Assembly: GCA_963833095.1 (NCBI GenBank)
Contig: CAWHWQ010000001.1
Span: forward strand, 256,001-320,000
Reading direction: 5' to 3'
DNA length: 64,000 bases
Origin: Vulcanimicrobiota bacterium
GTDB taxonomy: Bacteria > Vulcanimicrobiota > Vulcanimicrobiia > Vulcanimicrobiales > Vulcanimicrobiaceae
Shown here piece after piece: positions 40,861 through 52,321 of the stretch. Within the stretch, counting starts at the first letter, position 1. Every line of letters begins with the position of its first letter. Below the pieces are notes generated by a model. That model was not told the DNA's origin, ran no database searches, and worked only from the letters and a program-made list of their open reading frames with translations. Position numbers and translations under genes: made by a program.

Positions 40861-42420
40861 ATGCAGTCACCCCGAAGCCACTGGTTGAATACGGCGCTGC
40901 GCCGCTGGCTGATCGTCGTCGGCGTCATGTCCGCGACGCTGCTTGCAAGTGCTCGACGCGACGATCGTCAACGTCGCGCTGCCGACGATTCAGGGCAACA
41001 TGGGCGCAAACTTCGACGAAGGCGCATGGATCGTCACTGCCTACATCATCGCAGCGGTCATCGTCATTCCGCTCACGCCGTGGCTTCAGCAAGTCTTCGG
41101 CCGGCGCAATTACTACGTCGCGGCGATCGTCGGCTTCACGATCACGTCGATGCTGTGCGGCACTCGACCTCGCTCGACGAGCTGATCTTCTTTCGCGTGC
41201 TCCAAGGCCTGTGCGGCGGCGGCCTGATCGCGACCGGTCAAGCGATCATGCGCGACACGTTCCCCGCCAAGCAGCTCGGCTTGAGCCAAGCGCTCACCTC
41301 GATCGGCGCGATCGTCGGTCCCTCGATCGGCCCGACGCTCGGCGGCATGCTCACCGACGCGCTCTCTTGGAACTGGATCTTCTACATCAACATCGTTCCG
41401 GGCATCGTCGCGGCCATTCTCTGCGCGATGCTGCTGCGCGATCCGCAGCGCAAAGGCGCCCGAGTCGCCTCGACGGCGTGGGCCTCGCCTTCATGGCGAT
41501 CGGCCTGGGCTGCCTCCAATACGTCCTGGACGAAGGCGAACGCTACGACTGGTTCGGCGATCGAACATCACGATCATGGCCGTGCGTCGCTGTCGCGGCG
41601 CTCGCGGCGTTCGCCTATTGGGAGCTACGAGTCGTCAAGAATCCGATCGTCGATCATCGCGGATTCTGCTGCACAAATCGCATCGTTGCCGCCGGGTGCC
41701 TGTGGCTCGCGATGCTGCTGGCGTTTCAGCTTTTCGGCAGCGTCATCCTCGCTCCGCAATTTCAGCAGTCCTGCTCAATTTCACCGCGACGCTTTCGGGG
41801 CTCTCGATTCTGACGCCGCGCGCTCGGCATCATGGTGATGACGCTCGTGACGCTGAGTCTTATGAACCGCTTCAAGATCACGCCCGCCGATTCTGCTTGG
41901 CTACCGGTTTCATGATCGTCGCGATCGCCAACTTTCAGACGGCCGCGCGTATTCACCACCGACAGCGTCTTCGGAACGTTCGTCTTTCCGCTGGTCTTCG
42001 GCGGCATCGGTTTCGGCATGATCTTCGTGCCGCTCTCGGTCGCGGTGCTCTCGTCGGTACAAGGGTCCGACACGCAGAAGGCAACGTCGCTGATCAGCCT
42101 GTGCCAGCAGCTCGGCGGCTCGATCGCAACCGCGGTCCTCGTGACGTTGCTCGACCGGCGCGGCGCGTTGCATCTCGACACGCTCGCCGGCATCGATCAA
42201 CCTCGCAGAGCCCTGCCGTGCAAGCACGCGCTGCAAGCGCACGCGCCGCTCAGCGCGATGGCCGGGATCGTGTCAAGCAACAGGCCGCCACCATGGCCTT
42301 CGCCGACGCCTTCTACTTCTTAGGTGTCGTCACGCTCGTCCTTTCGCCGCTGGTGCTCCTGCTGCGTCCGCCCAAGCGGTGCGGCCGCCGGCCCGCAGCG
42401 CGCATGCACATTGCCGATAG
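40861..42420 (+). CDS. DHA2 MFS efflux permease (many frameshifts)
   Basis: [46 protein letters not shown]. Confidence 0.82.
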
Positions 42421-42436
42421 AATAACTCGTCGCGCC

Positions 42437-44014
42437 ATGCGGCTGAGGACGCACGAAGAAACGCAGTACCGTGGAGCTCGCCGCAAAAACGCGAGCTGGC
42501 GCAGGCGCCGGCCGGCGCGGAAGCGATCGACAAGCAGCACGAGCGCGGCAAGCGAACCGCGCGCGAACGCATCGAGGCGCTGGTCGACGAGGGCTCGTTT
42601 ACCGAGCTCGACCGTTTCGTCGTGCACCGCACCAACGCGTTCGGCATGGACGAGAAAGAGTTTCTCGGCGACGGCGTCATCACCGGCCGCGCGACGATCG
42701 ACGGCCGCCAGGTCTTTCTCTTCTCGCAAGATTTCACCGTGCTCGGCGGATCGCTGGGCGAAGCGTTACGCCGAGAAGATCTGCAAGGTGATGGATCTCG
42801 CGGTTCGCACCGGCTCGCCGATGATCGGCATCAACGACTCGGGCGGCGCGCGCATTCAAGAGGGCGTCGTTTCGCTGGGCGGCTACGCGGAGATCTTTTG
42901 GCGCAACGTGCAGGCCAGCGGCGTGATTCCGCAAATCAGCTTGATCGCCGGTCCGTGCGCGGGCGGCGCGGTGTATTCGCCGGCGATCACCGACTTCATC
43001 ATCATGACCGAGAAGATCTCGCAGATGTTCATCACCGGCCCCGAGATCATCAAGACGGTGACCGGCGAGGACGTCACGTTCGAAGCAGCTCGGCGGCGCG
43101 ATGACGCACGCCACGAGGAGCGGCGTCGCGCACCTCGTCGCTGCCGACGAAGACGATCTGGTCGAGCGTCACGCGACTCGCTCTTTTCGTTCGTTCCGCA
43201 GAACAATCTCGAGGATCCGCCGCGCTCCGCTTGCGACGACGACCCGCATCGCGCGAATCACCGAGCGCTCGACGACGTCGTTCCCGACTCGCCGAACAAG
43301 CCGTACGACATGCATGCAGGTCGTCGAAGCGCGTGCTCGACTACGGCGACTTCTTCGAGATCCAGCCGCTCTTCGCGCAGAACATCCTCTGCGGGTTCGG
43401 CCGCGTCGACGGGCGCAGCGATCGGCGTCGTCGCCAATCAGCCCAGCGTGCTGGCGGGCGTGCTCGATATCGACGTCGTCGATCAAAGCCGCGCGCTTCG
43501 TGCGCTTTTGCGACGCGTTCAACATTCCGCTGGTCACGTTCGTCGACGTCCCCGGCTTCTTGCCCGGCACCGAACAAGAGTACGGCGGCATCATCCTGCA
43601 CGGCGCGAAGCTGCTCTACGCGTTCGCCGAAGCGACGGTTCCGAAGATCACCGTCATCACGCGCAAGGCCTACGGCGGCGCGTACGACGTCATGGCCAGC
43701 AAACACATCCGCGCCGACTACAACGTCGCGTGGCCGACGGCCGAAATCGCGGTGATGGGCGCCGAAGGCGCGGTGAAGACGATCTTCCGCCGCGAGATCG
43801 CCGCCGCCGGAAGACCCGGATGCGAAGATGAAAGAACTGGTCGACGACTACGTCGAGCGGTTCGCCAATCCGTACATCGCGGCGCAGCGCGGCTACGTCG
43901 ACGACGTCATCGAAGCGCACCGTACGCGCGGCGCCATCGCGACGGCGCTGGACGATGCTTGCGAACAAACGCGTCGAACGCCCGCGCCGCAAACACGGCA
44001 ACATCCCGCTGTAG
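42437..44014 (+). CDS. pccB: Acyl-CoA carboxylase carboxyltransferase (PccB-like), many frameshifts, start approximate
   Basis: [66 protein letters not shown]. Confidence 0.88.
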
Positions 44015-44803
44015 CTACGGCTTCGGAATCACCTGAAACGTCGCCGGTCCCCGCGCGCTTGGCGCGTGCAGATCGCGCATCGCTACTGGAGCGCCCCGCA
44101 TTGCTGAGCGGATCGCCGCGATCTCGGGTGCGCTGATTCCCGATCCTTGGGTCACTGTCATGAGCTGATCGCCATTGCGCCAGGCAGACTGTTCGTGCCG
44201 CACAATGACGGGCCGCCCGTCAGGTGCCGGATCCCTCGCTTCGAAGAGATATTTCGCCGGCGGGGCATTCGGGTCGTAGCGCGCCGCGCCCAACGTGAAT
44301 TCGCGCCCGTCTCTGCGCCGGTAGGTAAAGGTTACATGCATCTGACCCGCTTTCCACGACTGCGTCGTCCGCGAGTACGCACCAAGAGGGACCACGTACA
44401 ACGCGGAGGACACGACATCGTACGGTAAGCCCACAGGCGGCGTTATCATGAAGTTGACTTGCGACTGCGCCGCGGCAAGACTCGCAAGGTGAGGCCGCAG
44501 CTGCGAAACGAGCGATCGCGGGACCGGCACCGGCGGGGGCGCGATGCCTCCAAGCGCCTGCAACGCTGCGCGATATCGCGCATCCAAGTTTTGCACGAAC
44601 GCCGGCGAAAGCGCCGGTAACGCGATGCATACAAGCATCGCAGCGGCCGCCGCCCAGATTCCGACGCGAAGAACGTTCGTATGCGTTGCGCGTTCGCTGG
44701 GATGCGCGACCCTATGCTGAATCTCTTCAAGCCGGACGGGCGGTATGTCGATGCCCTCCATCCATGAATCCAGCGCCTCGCCGATGCGTGCGTCAATTGA
44801 CAT
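44015..44803 (-). CDS. Putative anti-sigma factor (one TM, extracytoplasmic C-terminus)
   Basis: Overlaps the ECF sigma 3' end. Short cytoplasmic N-terminus followed by a TM helix. Confidence 0.6.
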   Translation of the reverse strand: MSIDARIGEALDSWMEGIDIPPVRLEEIQHRVAHPSERATHTNVLRVGIWAAAAAMLVCIALPALSPAFVQNLDARYRAALQALGGIAPPPVPVPRSLVSQLRPHLASLAAAQSQVNFMITPPVGLPYDVVSSALYVVPLGAYSRTTQSWKAGQMHVTFTYRRRDGREFTLGAARYDPNAPPAKYLFEARDPAPDGRPVIVRHEQSAWRNGDQLMTVTQGSGISAPEIAAIRSAMRGAPVAMRDLHAPSARGPATFQVIPKP

Positions 44804-45341
44804 TTGGAAGTACCTCCACAGGAGAGAGCGCTCGTAGCAGTGCGCGTCTGGCAAGCATGAGATTAAAGCGCACGGTGGGCGCCGGCAAGCCGCAGGCTGC
44901 GGCGATTTCCGCGCTGGTCAGGCCGGCGTAATAGTGCAAGACGATCGCGGCGCGCTGCGAAAGCGGAAGCGCCGCAAGCGCCATAGCGAGATCGATCGTC
45001 GTCGTCGCGTCGTTTTCGGTCGCGCGTTCGCGCAGTAAGTCTAGCGATGCAACGCGTGGGCGGCGGCGCGCAGCCGACATCGCGCTGTTGGTGATGATGC
45101 GGTACGCCCATGCCCGAAAGCGCTCGGCGCTTTTGAGCGCCGGCAACGAGCGGGAAATTGCAGCGCACGCATCTTGCGCCGCATCTTCGGCAAGTCCGGC
45201 GTCGCGTAAGATGCTAAAGGCGATCCGATAGGCTTCGGGCCAGACGGCAACGATGAGATGGTCGAGATGCTCTCCGCCCCGTTTGGCGCGTTCGATGAGC
45301 GTTTGTGGCACGTCTAATGGCACACTCAGGAGCTCCTTCAC
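44793..45341 (-). CDS. ECF sigma-70 factor
   Basis: LAEDAAQDA, FRAWAYRI, LPLSQRAAIVLHYYAGLTSAEIA...TVR. Confidence 0.92.
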   Translation of the reverse strand: MKELLSVPLDVPQTLIERAKRGGEHLDHLIVAVWPEAYRIAFSILRDAGLAEDAAQDACAAISRSLPALKSAERFRAWAYRIITNSAMSAARRRPRVASLDLLRERATENDATTTIDLAMALAALPLSQRAAIVLHYYAGLTSAEIAAACGLPAPTVRFNLMLARRALLRALSPVEVLPNVN

Positions 45342-45446
45342 CCCAATAGACGCGCCCGAGCGTCAAACTGTTGGCCCAGGTAGCATGAAATGGAGCGTAA
45401 ACGTAATACAACGCCTTTTTGGCACCTCATCGTCCAAGGAGCAGCG

Positions 45447-46145
45447 ATGACCACGCGCAAGGACTTTCTCGTAGCGGGAACGCTCGCCGCAGCGATTCCG
45501 GGCCAGGCGCTCGCCGATGCACCGGCAACGGCGCACCCCAAGACCCCGAAACTCGACTTCGATCTCGAGGCGTTTAACGCGCTGCTCGACGGCGCCCAGG
45601 CGCACAAGAACCTCTTCACCGCCGTGCAGATCGAAGGCGGCGAGGTGCTTTTGGCAATGCGCAACACGTTGGGCGGCTACCGCGACGTCGGTGTCGATTG
45701 GAGCGAGGTACTTCCGGTCGCGGTGCTCTATCACGGTTTTTCGATTCTCCTCGCGTTCGACGATTTCGTTTGGAACCGCTACGTGATCCCGTTCTCGGGA
45801 AAGCTCAAACACGGAAACGGCGCGGCTCAGATCGCCTCGGTTCGCAAATTAGACGTAGGCGGGAATCCATGCTTGCGCGAGCAGGGTGGCGACGGGGATA
45901 TCTCGATTCGTTCGCTTGTGGCCGACGCCGGTGCACGATTCTTCGTCTGCAACAATGCGGCGCTGGGCACAGCCTCGATGCTCGCAAAGGCGCTGGGCAA
46001 GCCGTTCGACACCGTTTATAGCGATCTCGCGCACCATCTCGTGCCGAACGCGCTACTGGTTCCCGCCGGCGTTTGGGCCATACATGCGATTCAAGAGCAG
46101 CGCTTTACGCTGCTCCAAACGTCGCTCGCTCCGCCCAAGGGTTAA
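45447..46145 (+). CDS. Tat-type secreted protein with DsrE-like C-terminus
   Basis: TTRKDFL signal, VLYHG, GARFFVCNNA, LVPAGV..I...QE. Confidence 0.62.
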   Translation: MTTRKDFLVAGTLAAAIPGQALADAPATAHPKTPKLDFDLEAFNALLDGAQAHKNLFTAVQIEGGEVLLAMRNTLGGYRDVGVDWSEVLPVAVLYHGFSILLAFDDFVWNRYVIPFSGKLKHGNGAAQIASVRKLDVGGNPCLREQGGDGDISIRSLVADAGARFFVCNNAALGTASMLAKALGKPFDTVYSDLAHHLVPNALLVPAGVWAIHAIQEQRFTLLQTSLAPPKG

Positions 46146-47662
46146 GGCGTCGTCCCCAAGTTCTCGATACCGTAGTGCTTGAACGTCGGCCAGCGCTGCG
46201 GCAGCGGCGGATGCATGCCGCGGCAGAGGACGATCGGGCGATTGACTTCGTAGGGCATGGCGTAAGGTGAAGTGCCGAAGCGCGCGACGACGCGCGCCGA
46301 GTCGCAGAACGTGGCCCACTGCACCGGATCGACGTTGATCGCAATCACGACCGACCCATCATACCCGCGCGGACCCCATAAGTAGTACTGATTGTTTCCG
46401 CTGAGCGCCGGCGGGAGATCGTGACCGTACACGTCGACTGCGGCCGCTTCGCCGTAATTCGAACCGTAGATTGCGGCATTTTGCCGATCGGCCGCGGAGA
46501 GCGACGCGTACACGCTTTCGACGGTCTGCGCAACATCGCGCCAGCCAAACTGGTCGGCAAGCTGCTGGGGAATCGGCGCGCCGATGCCGGCGTGTTCCAT
46601 CGGCCGCATCTTGAACGCGGAATGGTCGTACATGAACTTCAGCCGCTCGGGCGGAAGCACCGGAAGCACAAATGGTAAAGCGAGAGCGGCATTCGCGTAG
46701 GCGAGGACCGCCCAGATGCCTACAAGGATGCTCGGCAACATCGTGCATGCGGCGGCGCCGAGCGCGAAAATCGTCGGATAGGCGCCGGCATAATAGTACG
46801 CCTTGCCATGCGTCGCGAAGATCAGAACGCCCATCATGACAAAGGTGACGGCGAGAAACCGAAACGGCGCCAGGCGCTTGGAAACGAAGGGCGCGATGGT
46901 GCCCGTCAACCAGAGCGGGGCCAACAAGAAGTTCGTAAGGAAGACTTGCTGCAGCACGAATCCGATCGGACTCCCGATGAGATTCCCGCTGCTGTCGTTG
47001 CGCACGAGTTCGAGAAACGGCATGCCGTGGGCGATCTGCCAGACCGCGTTGGGCAGCGCGATCACCGCAGCGATGGCGAAGCCGATCCACAGGTCGCGCG
47101 AGCGAAAGATCGAGCGCGGCCCGAAGAGCGCAATGCCGAGCGCCAAGCCGATCACCCACAACAGGATCGTGTATTTCGTTTCAAAGGCGAGGCCGCCGAC
47201 GAGACCCGCCCACCAATACATGCGCGGCTCGTTGCGCAACACTCCGCGCGTGATGAGGTAGGCCACCAGCGTGAAATCGAACGGCTCGAACGTCGCGGTG
47301 GATAAGCTGCCAAACATCGCGGTAACCAGCGACGAGCTTGCCGCCGCGACGGCGGCTAACCACGCGCCGCGCGTGTTTGCGCCGAGCAGTTGCGCGAAGA
47401 TAACGGTGAGCGGAACGAGCGCGATCGCGGTCAACACTGCGGGCAAGCGCTCCAGCCACACGTTGACGCCGGCAACCTGCGTGAGCGCGGCGAGCAATGG
47501 AACAATCGGCGGCTGATCCACGTAGCCGAACGCCGGATGGCGGCCACACACGATAAAATACAGCTCGTTGCGGAAGAGATCGTACTTCCCGGCGACGGAG
47601 AGGTGCAGCAAGGCGACGAGCACCACCACAACACCGACCGCCCAACGAGCGCCTTTTGTCAT
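46142..47662 (-). CDS. Glycosyltransferase family 39 (PMT/ArnT-like)
   Basis: FRNELYF...GYVDQPP, TKYT, PN.VWQ, GKAYY, NYGEA, SGNNQYYLWG, multi-TM. Confidence 0.88.
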   Translation of the reverse strand: MTKGARWAVGVVVVLVALLHLSVAGKYDLFRNELYFIVCGRHPAFGYVDQPPIVPLLAALTQVAGVNVWLERLPAVLTAIALVPLTVIFAQLLGANTRGAWLAAVAAASSSLVTAMFGSLSTATFEPFDFTLVAYLITRGVLRNEPRMYWWAGLVGGLAFETKYTILLWVIGLALGIALFGPRSIFRSRDLWIGFAIAAVIALPNAVWQIAHGMPFLELVRNDSSGNLIGSPIGFVLQQVFLTNFLLAPLWLTGTIAPFVSKRLAPFRFLAVTFVMMGVLIFATHGKAYYYAGAYPTIFALGAAACTMLPSILVGIWAVLAYANAALALPFVLPVLPPERLKFMYDHSAFKMRPMEHAGIGAPIPQQLADQFGWRDVAQTVESVYASLSAADRQNAAIYGSNYGEAAAVDVYGHDLPPALSGNNQYYLWGPRGYDGSVVIAINVDPVQWATFCDSARVVARFGTSPYAMPYEVNRPIVLCRGMHPPLPQRWPTFKHYGIENLGTTP

Positions 47663-47665
47663 CGT

Positions 47666-47935
47666 CTAGGGATTGATTGGGCGGGTCGGTTTGAACTCGA
47701 TGATCTGATATTCTGAGACGCCTTCGCGCACGAAAGGATCTTCGGCAAGCATCGCCTCGACCTGCTCGCGCGTGAGATCGTGGGTGACGATCACGCCCCC
47801 GACACGCGGATTTTGCGGGCCGGACGTGAGGAGGTGGTGCGCCTCGAAATGTCGCTCCAAAAACGCGCGGTGCTCGGGCACCCAGCGATCGACCTCATCC
47901 AGGGGTTTGAGATAGCGTGAAAGCAGCACAAACAT
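47666..47935 (-). CDS. YciI-family protein
   Basis: HRAFL, SGPQNPRVGGV, DPF. Confidence 0.88.
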   Translation of the reverse strand: MFVLLSRYLKPLDEVDRWVPEHRAFLERHFEAHHLLTSGPQNPRVGGVIVTHDLTREQVEAMLAEDPFVREGVSEYQIIEFKPTRPINP

Positions 47936-47990
47936 GCCGCTACCGGTTCGCGCGAGAGGACGAGGGCCCTTGCGCTGGTATGTATCGGGC

Positions 47991-48779
47991 GTGAAGCTAC
48001 TCGAAGGAAAGCGCGCCCTGATCACGGGCGTCGCCAATCGCTGGTCGATTGCGACCGGCATCGCGCGCAAAATGTACGAGCACGGCGCGACGATCGCCCT
48101 GACGTATCAGGGCGAGCGCGTGAAGGACGAGGTCGAAAAACTGGCCGCGGAACTGGGCGGCGGCCCGGTGCTGGAATGCGACGTCTCAAATGATGCCTCG
48201 CTCGAGGCACTCCGCGATGCCTTAACCGCGCAATTTGGTCCGCTCGATGCGTTGGTTCACTCGATCGCCTTTGCCGACAAAGAGGATCTGCGCGGAACTG
48301 TCTACGACACCTCGCGCAAAGGGTTCGCGCTCTCGCTCGACGTGTCGGCCTTTTCACTCATTGCGCTGGTTTCCGCGCTACGCGATAACTTCAACGACAG
48401 CGCCTCGATCATGGCGATGACCTACCTCGGCGCGACGCAGATCGTTCCCAATTACAACTTGATGGGCATTGCCAAAGCGGCTCTCGAGTCGTCGGTACGC
48501 TACCTCGCGTACGATCTAGGCGCACGCGGCATCCGGGTCAACGCGATTTCAGCCGGACCGATCAAAACTGCGAGCATGCGGCAAGTCGCGGGCGCAACGA
48601 AGATGCTCGACGTGGTACCTAAGGTGGCACCGCTGCGTCGTAACGTCTCGGCCGAAGACGTGGGGAACACCGCGGTCTACCTCGCGTCCGATCTTTCTTC
48701 CGCGATCACCGCCGACGTGCACTTCGTCGATGCGGGCTATCACACGGTCGGGATGTATCCGCCCGATTTCCACGCGTGA
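47991..48779 (+). CDS. fabI: Enoyl-ACP reductase
   Basis: GVANRWSIA, HSIAFA, YNLMGIAKAALES, NAISAGPIKT. Confidence 0.96.
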   Translation: MKLLEGKRALITGVANRWSIATGIARKMYEHGATIALTYQGERVKDEVEKLAAELGGGPVLECDVSNDASLEALRDALTAQFGPLDALVHSIAFADKEDLRGTVYDTSRKGFALSLDVSAFSLIALVSALRDNFNDSASIMAMTYLGATQIVPNYNLMGIAKAALESSVRYLAYDLGARGIRVNAISAGPIKTASMRQVAGATKMLDVVPKVAPLRRNVSAEDVGNTAVYLASDLSSAITADVHFVDAGYHTVGMYPPDFHA

Positions 48780-48834
48780 TCACGGAGGATGAATTGGCTG
48801 CGATCGCGGCCGCGCTCACCATATTAAACGCGCG

Positions 48835-48872
48835 TCACCCTGAGGTGCGAGCGCAAGCGAGCCTCGAAGGGC
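48835..48872. repeat. REP-like palindromic element
   Basis: GTCACCCTGAGGTGCGAGCGCAAGCGAGCCTCGAAGGG. Shares its GAGG..CGAGCG..AGCGAGCC..GAAGG core with the element inside accC. Confidence 0.5.
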
Positions 48873-48932
48873 AAGATCGGTCACGCTGGAAAATAGCTGC
48901 GCGCAATCCCGACCTCGAAATCGAGGATCTGC

Positions 48933-50732
48933 GTGTTCACTAAGATCCTCATTGCCAATCGTGGTGAGATCGCGGTGCGCGTGATACGCACCGCGCGCGA
49001 GATGTCGATCACAACGGTCGCCGTCTATTCCGAGGCCGATCGCGACGGCATGCACGTGCGCATGGCCGATGAGGCGTATCTCATTGGTCCGGCCGCGCCA
49101 TCGGCGAGCTATCTCAACATCGATGCGATTCTCGAGGTCGCCAAGCGCTCGGGCGCGCAAGCGATTCACCCCGGCTACGGCTTTCTCGCCGAAAACAGCG
49201 CGTTCGCGCGACGGGTTGTCGCTGCGGGCCTGGTCTGGATCGGCCCGCACGCGGATGCGATCGATGCGATGGGTGATAAGCTGCGCGCGCGACAAGCAAT
49301 GGCGAAGGCTGACGTGCCGTTCGTGCCCGGCGGCACCGAAGCGATCGAGGATGTCGCGGCCGCACGCGAAGCAGCCAAGTCCTACGGGCTCCCGCTCGCG
49401 CTCAAAGCGTCTGGGGGCGGCGGCGGCAAGGGACTCAAGGTCGCGCACACGCTCGACGAGATCGAGTCGGCGTTTACGACTGCCAAGCGCGAAGCCGAAG
49501 CCTATTTCAAGAACGGCACGATCTACGCCGAGCGCTATCTCGACAACCCAAAACACGTGGAACTCCAGATTCTGGCTGACAAGCACGGCAACGTCGTGCA
49601 CGTCGGCGAGCGCGACTGCTCGCTGCAGCGCCGCCATCAAAAGCTCTGGGAAGAAGCGCCGGCCAACATTCCGCTCAAAGTGCGGCGCGCGATGCGCGAA
49701 GCCGGCGTGCGCGCGGCGCAGGCAATCGGTTATGACTCGGTCGGGACGATCGAGTGTCTGGTCCAGGGCGACGACTTCTTCTTCCTCGAGATGAACACGC
49801 GCATCCAAGTCGAGCACACGGTTACCGAAATGATCTCCGGACTCGATTTAATCCGCGAGCAAATCCGCGTGGCCGCGGGCGAAGAACTCGGCTTCGGGCA
49901 GGACGACGTCAGTTTCCGCGGCTTTTCGATCGAAGGGCGCGTCAACGCCGAAGATCCCGCCGACAACTTCCGTCCTGCACCCGGCACGATTTCCGCCTAT
50001 CGCGAACCCGGCGGCCTTGGCGTGCGTGTCGATTCCGCAGCATATCCCGGGTACACGATCTCCCCCGACTACGATTCGATGATCGCTAAGCTCATCGTCT
50101 GGGCACCCACGCGCGCGCAAGCGATTGCGCGTCTCGCTCGCGCGATCGATGAATACGTCGTCGAGGGTGTCCCGACGACGCTGCCGTTACTGCGCGCATT
50201 GTGCGACGAACCCAGTGTCCAAAACGCATCGTACGGAACGGCAACGCTCGAACCATTCGCCGCGAAATTTTTCGACGGTTCCTCCGGAGGCGAGCGTAAC
50301 AAGACTCAGCGAGCCGAAGGAGGAACCGTCGAAATTGCGCTCGGCTCCGGAGGAGGCGCTGAAACTTCTCCGCCACAAGACCTACGGGTTGAGGTCAATG
50401 AAAAGCTCTATCGCGTTCGTGTTTTTGACTTACCGGAGCGCGCGTCAGGTGCGCCACGCAATGGGTCGCCGCGAGTAGCGCCGCGCGCCGGTGGAACAAA
50501 GAAGAGCTCCACGTCGAGTGGAAATGACGTCGTGTCGCCGATGCACGGTGTGGTCGTCGAGATGAAGGTTGCGCCCGGCGATGCGATTGCTGAAGGTCAG
50601 GTCGTCGCGATCGTCGAGGCAATGAAGATGATGAACGAGGTTCGCGCGCACAAGGCCGGCACGGCGAGCGCCGTTCACTCGAAGGCCGGCGATACCGTCG
50701 AGGCGCAAGCGCCACTGGTCACGATCGGCTAG
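48933..50732 (+). CDS. accC: Biotin carboxylase fused to biotin carboxyl carrier domain (acyl-CoA carboxylase alpha)
   Basis: ANRGEIA, HPGYGFLAEN, GGGGKG, RDCSLQRRHQK, EMNTRIQVEH, biotin motif EAMKM. Confidence 0.95.
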   Translation: MFTKILIANRGEIAVRVIRTAREMSITTVAVYSEADRDGMHVRMADEAYLIGPAAPSASYLNIDAILEVAKRSGAQAIHPGYGFLAENSAFARRVVAAGLVWIGPHADAIDAMGDKLRARQAMAKADVPFVPGGTEAIEDVAAAREAAKSYGLPLALKASGGGGGKGLKVAHTLDEIESAFTTAKREAEAYFKNGTIYAERYLDNPKHVELQILADKHGNVVHVGERDCSLQRRHQKLWEEAPANIPLKVRRAMREAGVRAAQAIGYDSVGTIECLVQGDDFFFLEMNTRIQVEHTVTEMISGLDLIREQIRVAAGEELGFGQDDVSFRGFSIEGRVNAEDPADNFRPAPGTISAYREPGGLGVRVDSAAYPGYTISPDYDSMIAKLIVWAPTRAQAIARLARAIDEYVVEGVPTTLPLLRALCDEPSVQNASYGTATLEPFAAKFFDGSSGGERNKTQRAEGGTVEIALGSGGGAETSPPQDLRVEVNEKLYRVRVFDLPERASGAPRNGSPRVAPRAGGTKKSSTSSGNDVVSPMHGVVVEMKVAPGDAIAEGQVVAIVEAMKMMNEVRAHKAGTASAVHSKAGDTVEAQAPLVTIG

Positions 50733-50743
50733 AATAGGGCGAG

Positions 50744-52321
50744 ATGGCACGGGAGTTCAATGGCAGCGGTATTCCGCTCGAACCGCACTACGACCAGGTC
50801 GAGGGCAGCGCGCACGATCTCGGCGAGCCGGGGGCGTTTCCGTTTGGACGCGGGACGCGCGCCAATATGTATCGCGACCGGTTGTGGACGATGCGCCAAT
50901 ACGCCGGCTTTGCGACGGCCGCCGAATCGAATGCGCGCTATCGCTATCTCCTCGAACGCGGCACGACCGGGCTGTCGGTAGCCTTCGACCTTCCAACCCA
51001 ACTCGGATATGACTCAGACGCGCCGCTCGCGCGCGGCGAGGTCGGCAAAGTCGGTGTCGCGATCGACTCGATCGCGGACATGGAGACGCTCTTCGAAGGC
51101 ATTCCGCTCGAGACCGTCACCGTCTCGATGACGATCAACGCGCCGGCCTCGATCCTCCTCGCGATGCTGCTCGCGGTTGCTCGCCGCCGCCGTATTCCCT
51201 TCGCAAAGCTCGGCGGAACGGTCCAGAACGACGTGCTCAAAGAGTACGTCGCGCGCGGAACCTACATCTATCCGCCGGGCCCGTCGATGCGTTTGGTCAC
51301 CGACGTGATGGCGTATTGCGCGCGCGAAGTCCCGCAATGGAATACGATCTCGATCTCGGGCTACCATATTCGTGAAGCCGGATCGACCGCGGTCGAAGAG
51401 ATCGCTTTTACACTTTCCAATGCCAAGGCATATCTGCGCGCAGCGCGCGAGGCCGGCATCGATCTCGACCTGGTTGCGCCGCGCATCTCGTTCTTCTGGA
51501 ACGCGCACAACGATTTCTTTGAGGAAGTTGCAAAATTCCGGGCGGCACGATATCTTTGGGCGCATATCACACGCGATGAATTCGGGTGCGCAGACCCGCG
51601 CTCGCAGATGCTGCGCTTTCATACGCAGACGGGCGGCTCAACGCTGACCGCGCAGGAGCCCGACAACAACGTCGTACGTGTCACGCTGCAGGCGCTCGCG
51701 GCCGTCCTCGGCGGGACCCAATCACTGCACACCAACGGCAAAGATGAAGCGTTAGCGCTACCTACGGCGGAAAGTGCGAAGGTTGCGTTACGCACGCAAC
51801 AGATTATCGGTTACGAATCCGGCGTTACCGATGTCGTCGATCCGCTGGCAGGTTCGTACTATGTTGAATCGCTGACGAATGAGCTGATCGAACGCGCGCG
51901 GCAACTCATCGTTACAGTCGACGAGCTCGGCGGAAGTATCGCCGCGATCGAGAGCGGCTGGATGCAGGCGCGCATCGCCGATTCCGCCTACGAGGCGCAA
52001 CAGGCGATCGAACGTGGAACCAGCGTCGTGGTCGGCGTGAACAAATTTGTCGAAGAGGGCGGCGACGCTGCGATCCCTTTACTGCGCATCGACCAAGCGA
52101 TCGAGCGCGAGCAAGTCGCGCGCTTGGCGGCGTTTCGGGCTGCGCGCGACCTGCCCACGGTCGAGGCGCGTTTGGCCGATGTCCGGCGCGCCGCGGGGTC
52201 GCGCGAGAACTTGATGCCGCCATTCGTCGAAGCCGTCGACGCCGGCGCCACGCTCGGCGAAATCTGTAACGTGCTTCGTGACGTCTTCGGCGTTTATCGC
52301 GCAAAGGAAGTTGTCGCATGA
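50744..52321 (+). CDS. Methylmalonyl-CoA mutase, substrate-binding subunit (no B12-binding domain)
   Basis: [44 protein letters not shown]. No DxHxxG domain. Confidence 0.92.
   Translation: MAREFNGSGIPLEPHYDQVEGSAHDLGEPGAFPFGRGTRANMYRDRLWTMRQYAGFATAAESNARYRYLLERGTTGLSVAFDLPTQLGYDSDAPLARGEVGKVGVAIDSIADMETLFEGIPLETVTVSMTINAPASILLAMLLAVARRRRIPFAKLGGTVQNDVLKEYVARGTYIYPPGPSMRLVTDVMAYCAREVPQWNTISISGYHIREAGSTAVEEIAFTLSNAKAYLRAAREAGIDLDLVAPRISFFWNAHNDFFEEVAKFRAARYLWAHITRDEFGCADPRSQMLRFHTQTGGSTLTAQEPDNNVVRVTLQALAAVLGGTQSLHTNGKDEALALPTAESAKVALRTQQIIGYESGVTDVVDPLAGSYYVESLTNELIERARQLIVTVDELGGSIAAIESGWMQARIADSAYEAQQAIERGTSVVVGVNKFVEEGGDAAIPLLRIDQAIEREQVARLAAFRAARDLPTVEARLADVRRAAGSRENLMPPFVEAVDAGATLGEICNVLRDVFGVYRAKEVVA

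Noticed and set aside
50744..52321. Isobutyryl-CoA or 2-hydroxyisobutyryl-CoA mutase
   Set aside because: Specificity residues are methylmalonyl-type (RQYAGF Tyr, Arg in ARGTY) and mce is adjacent.
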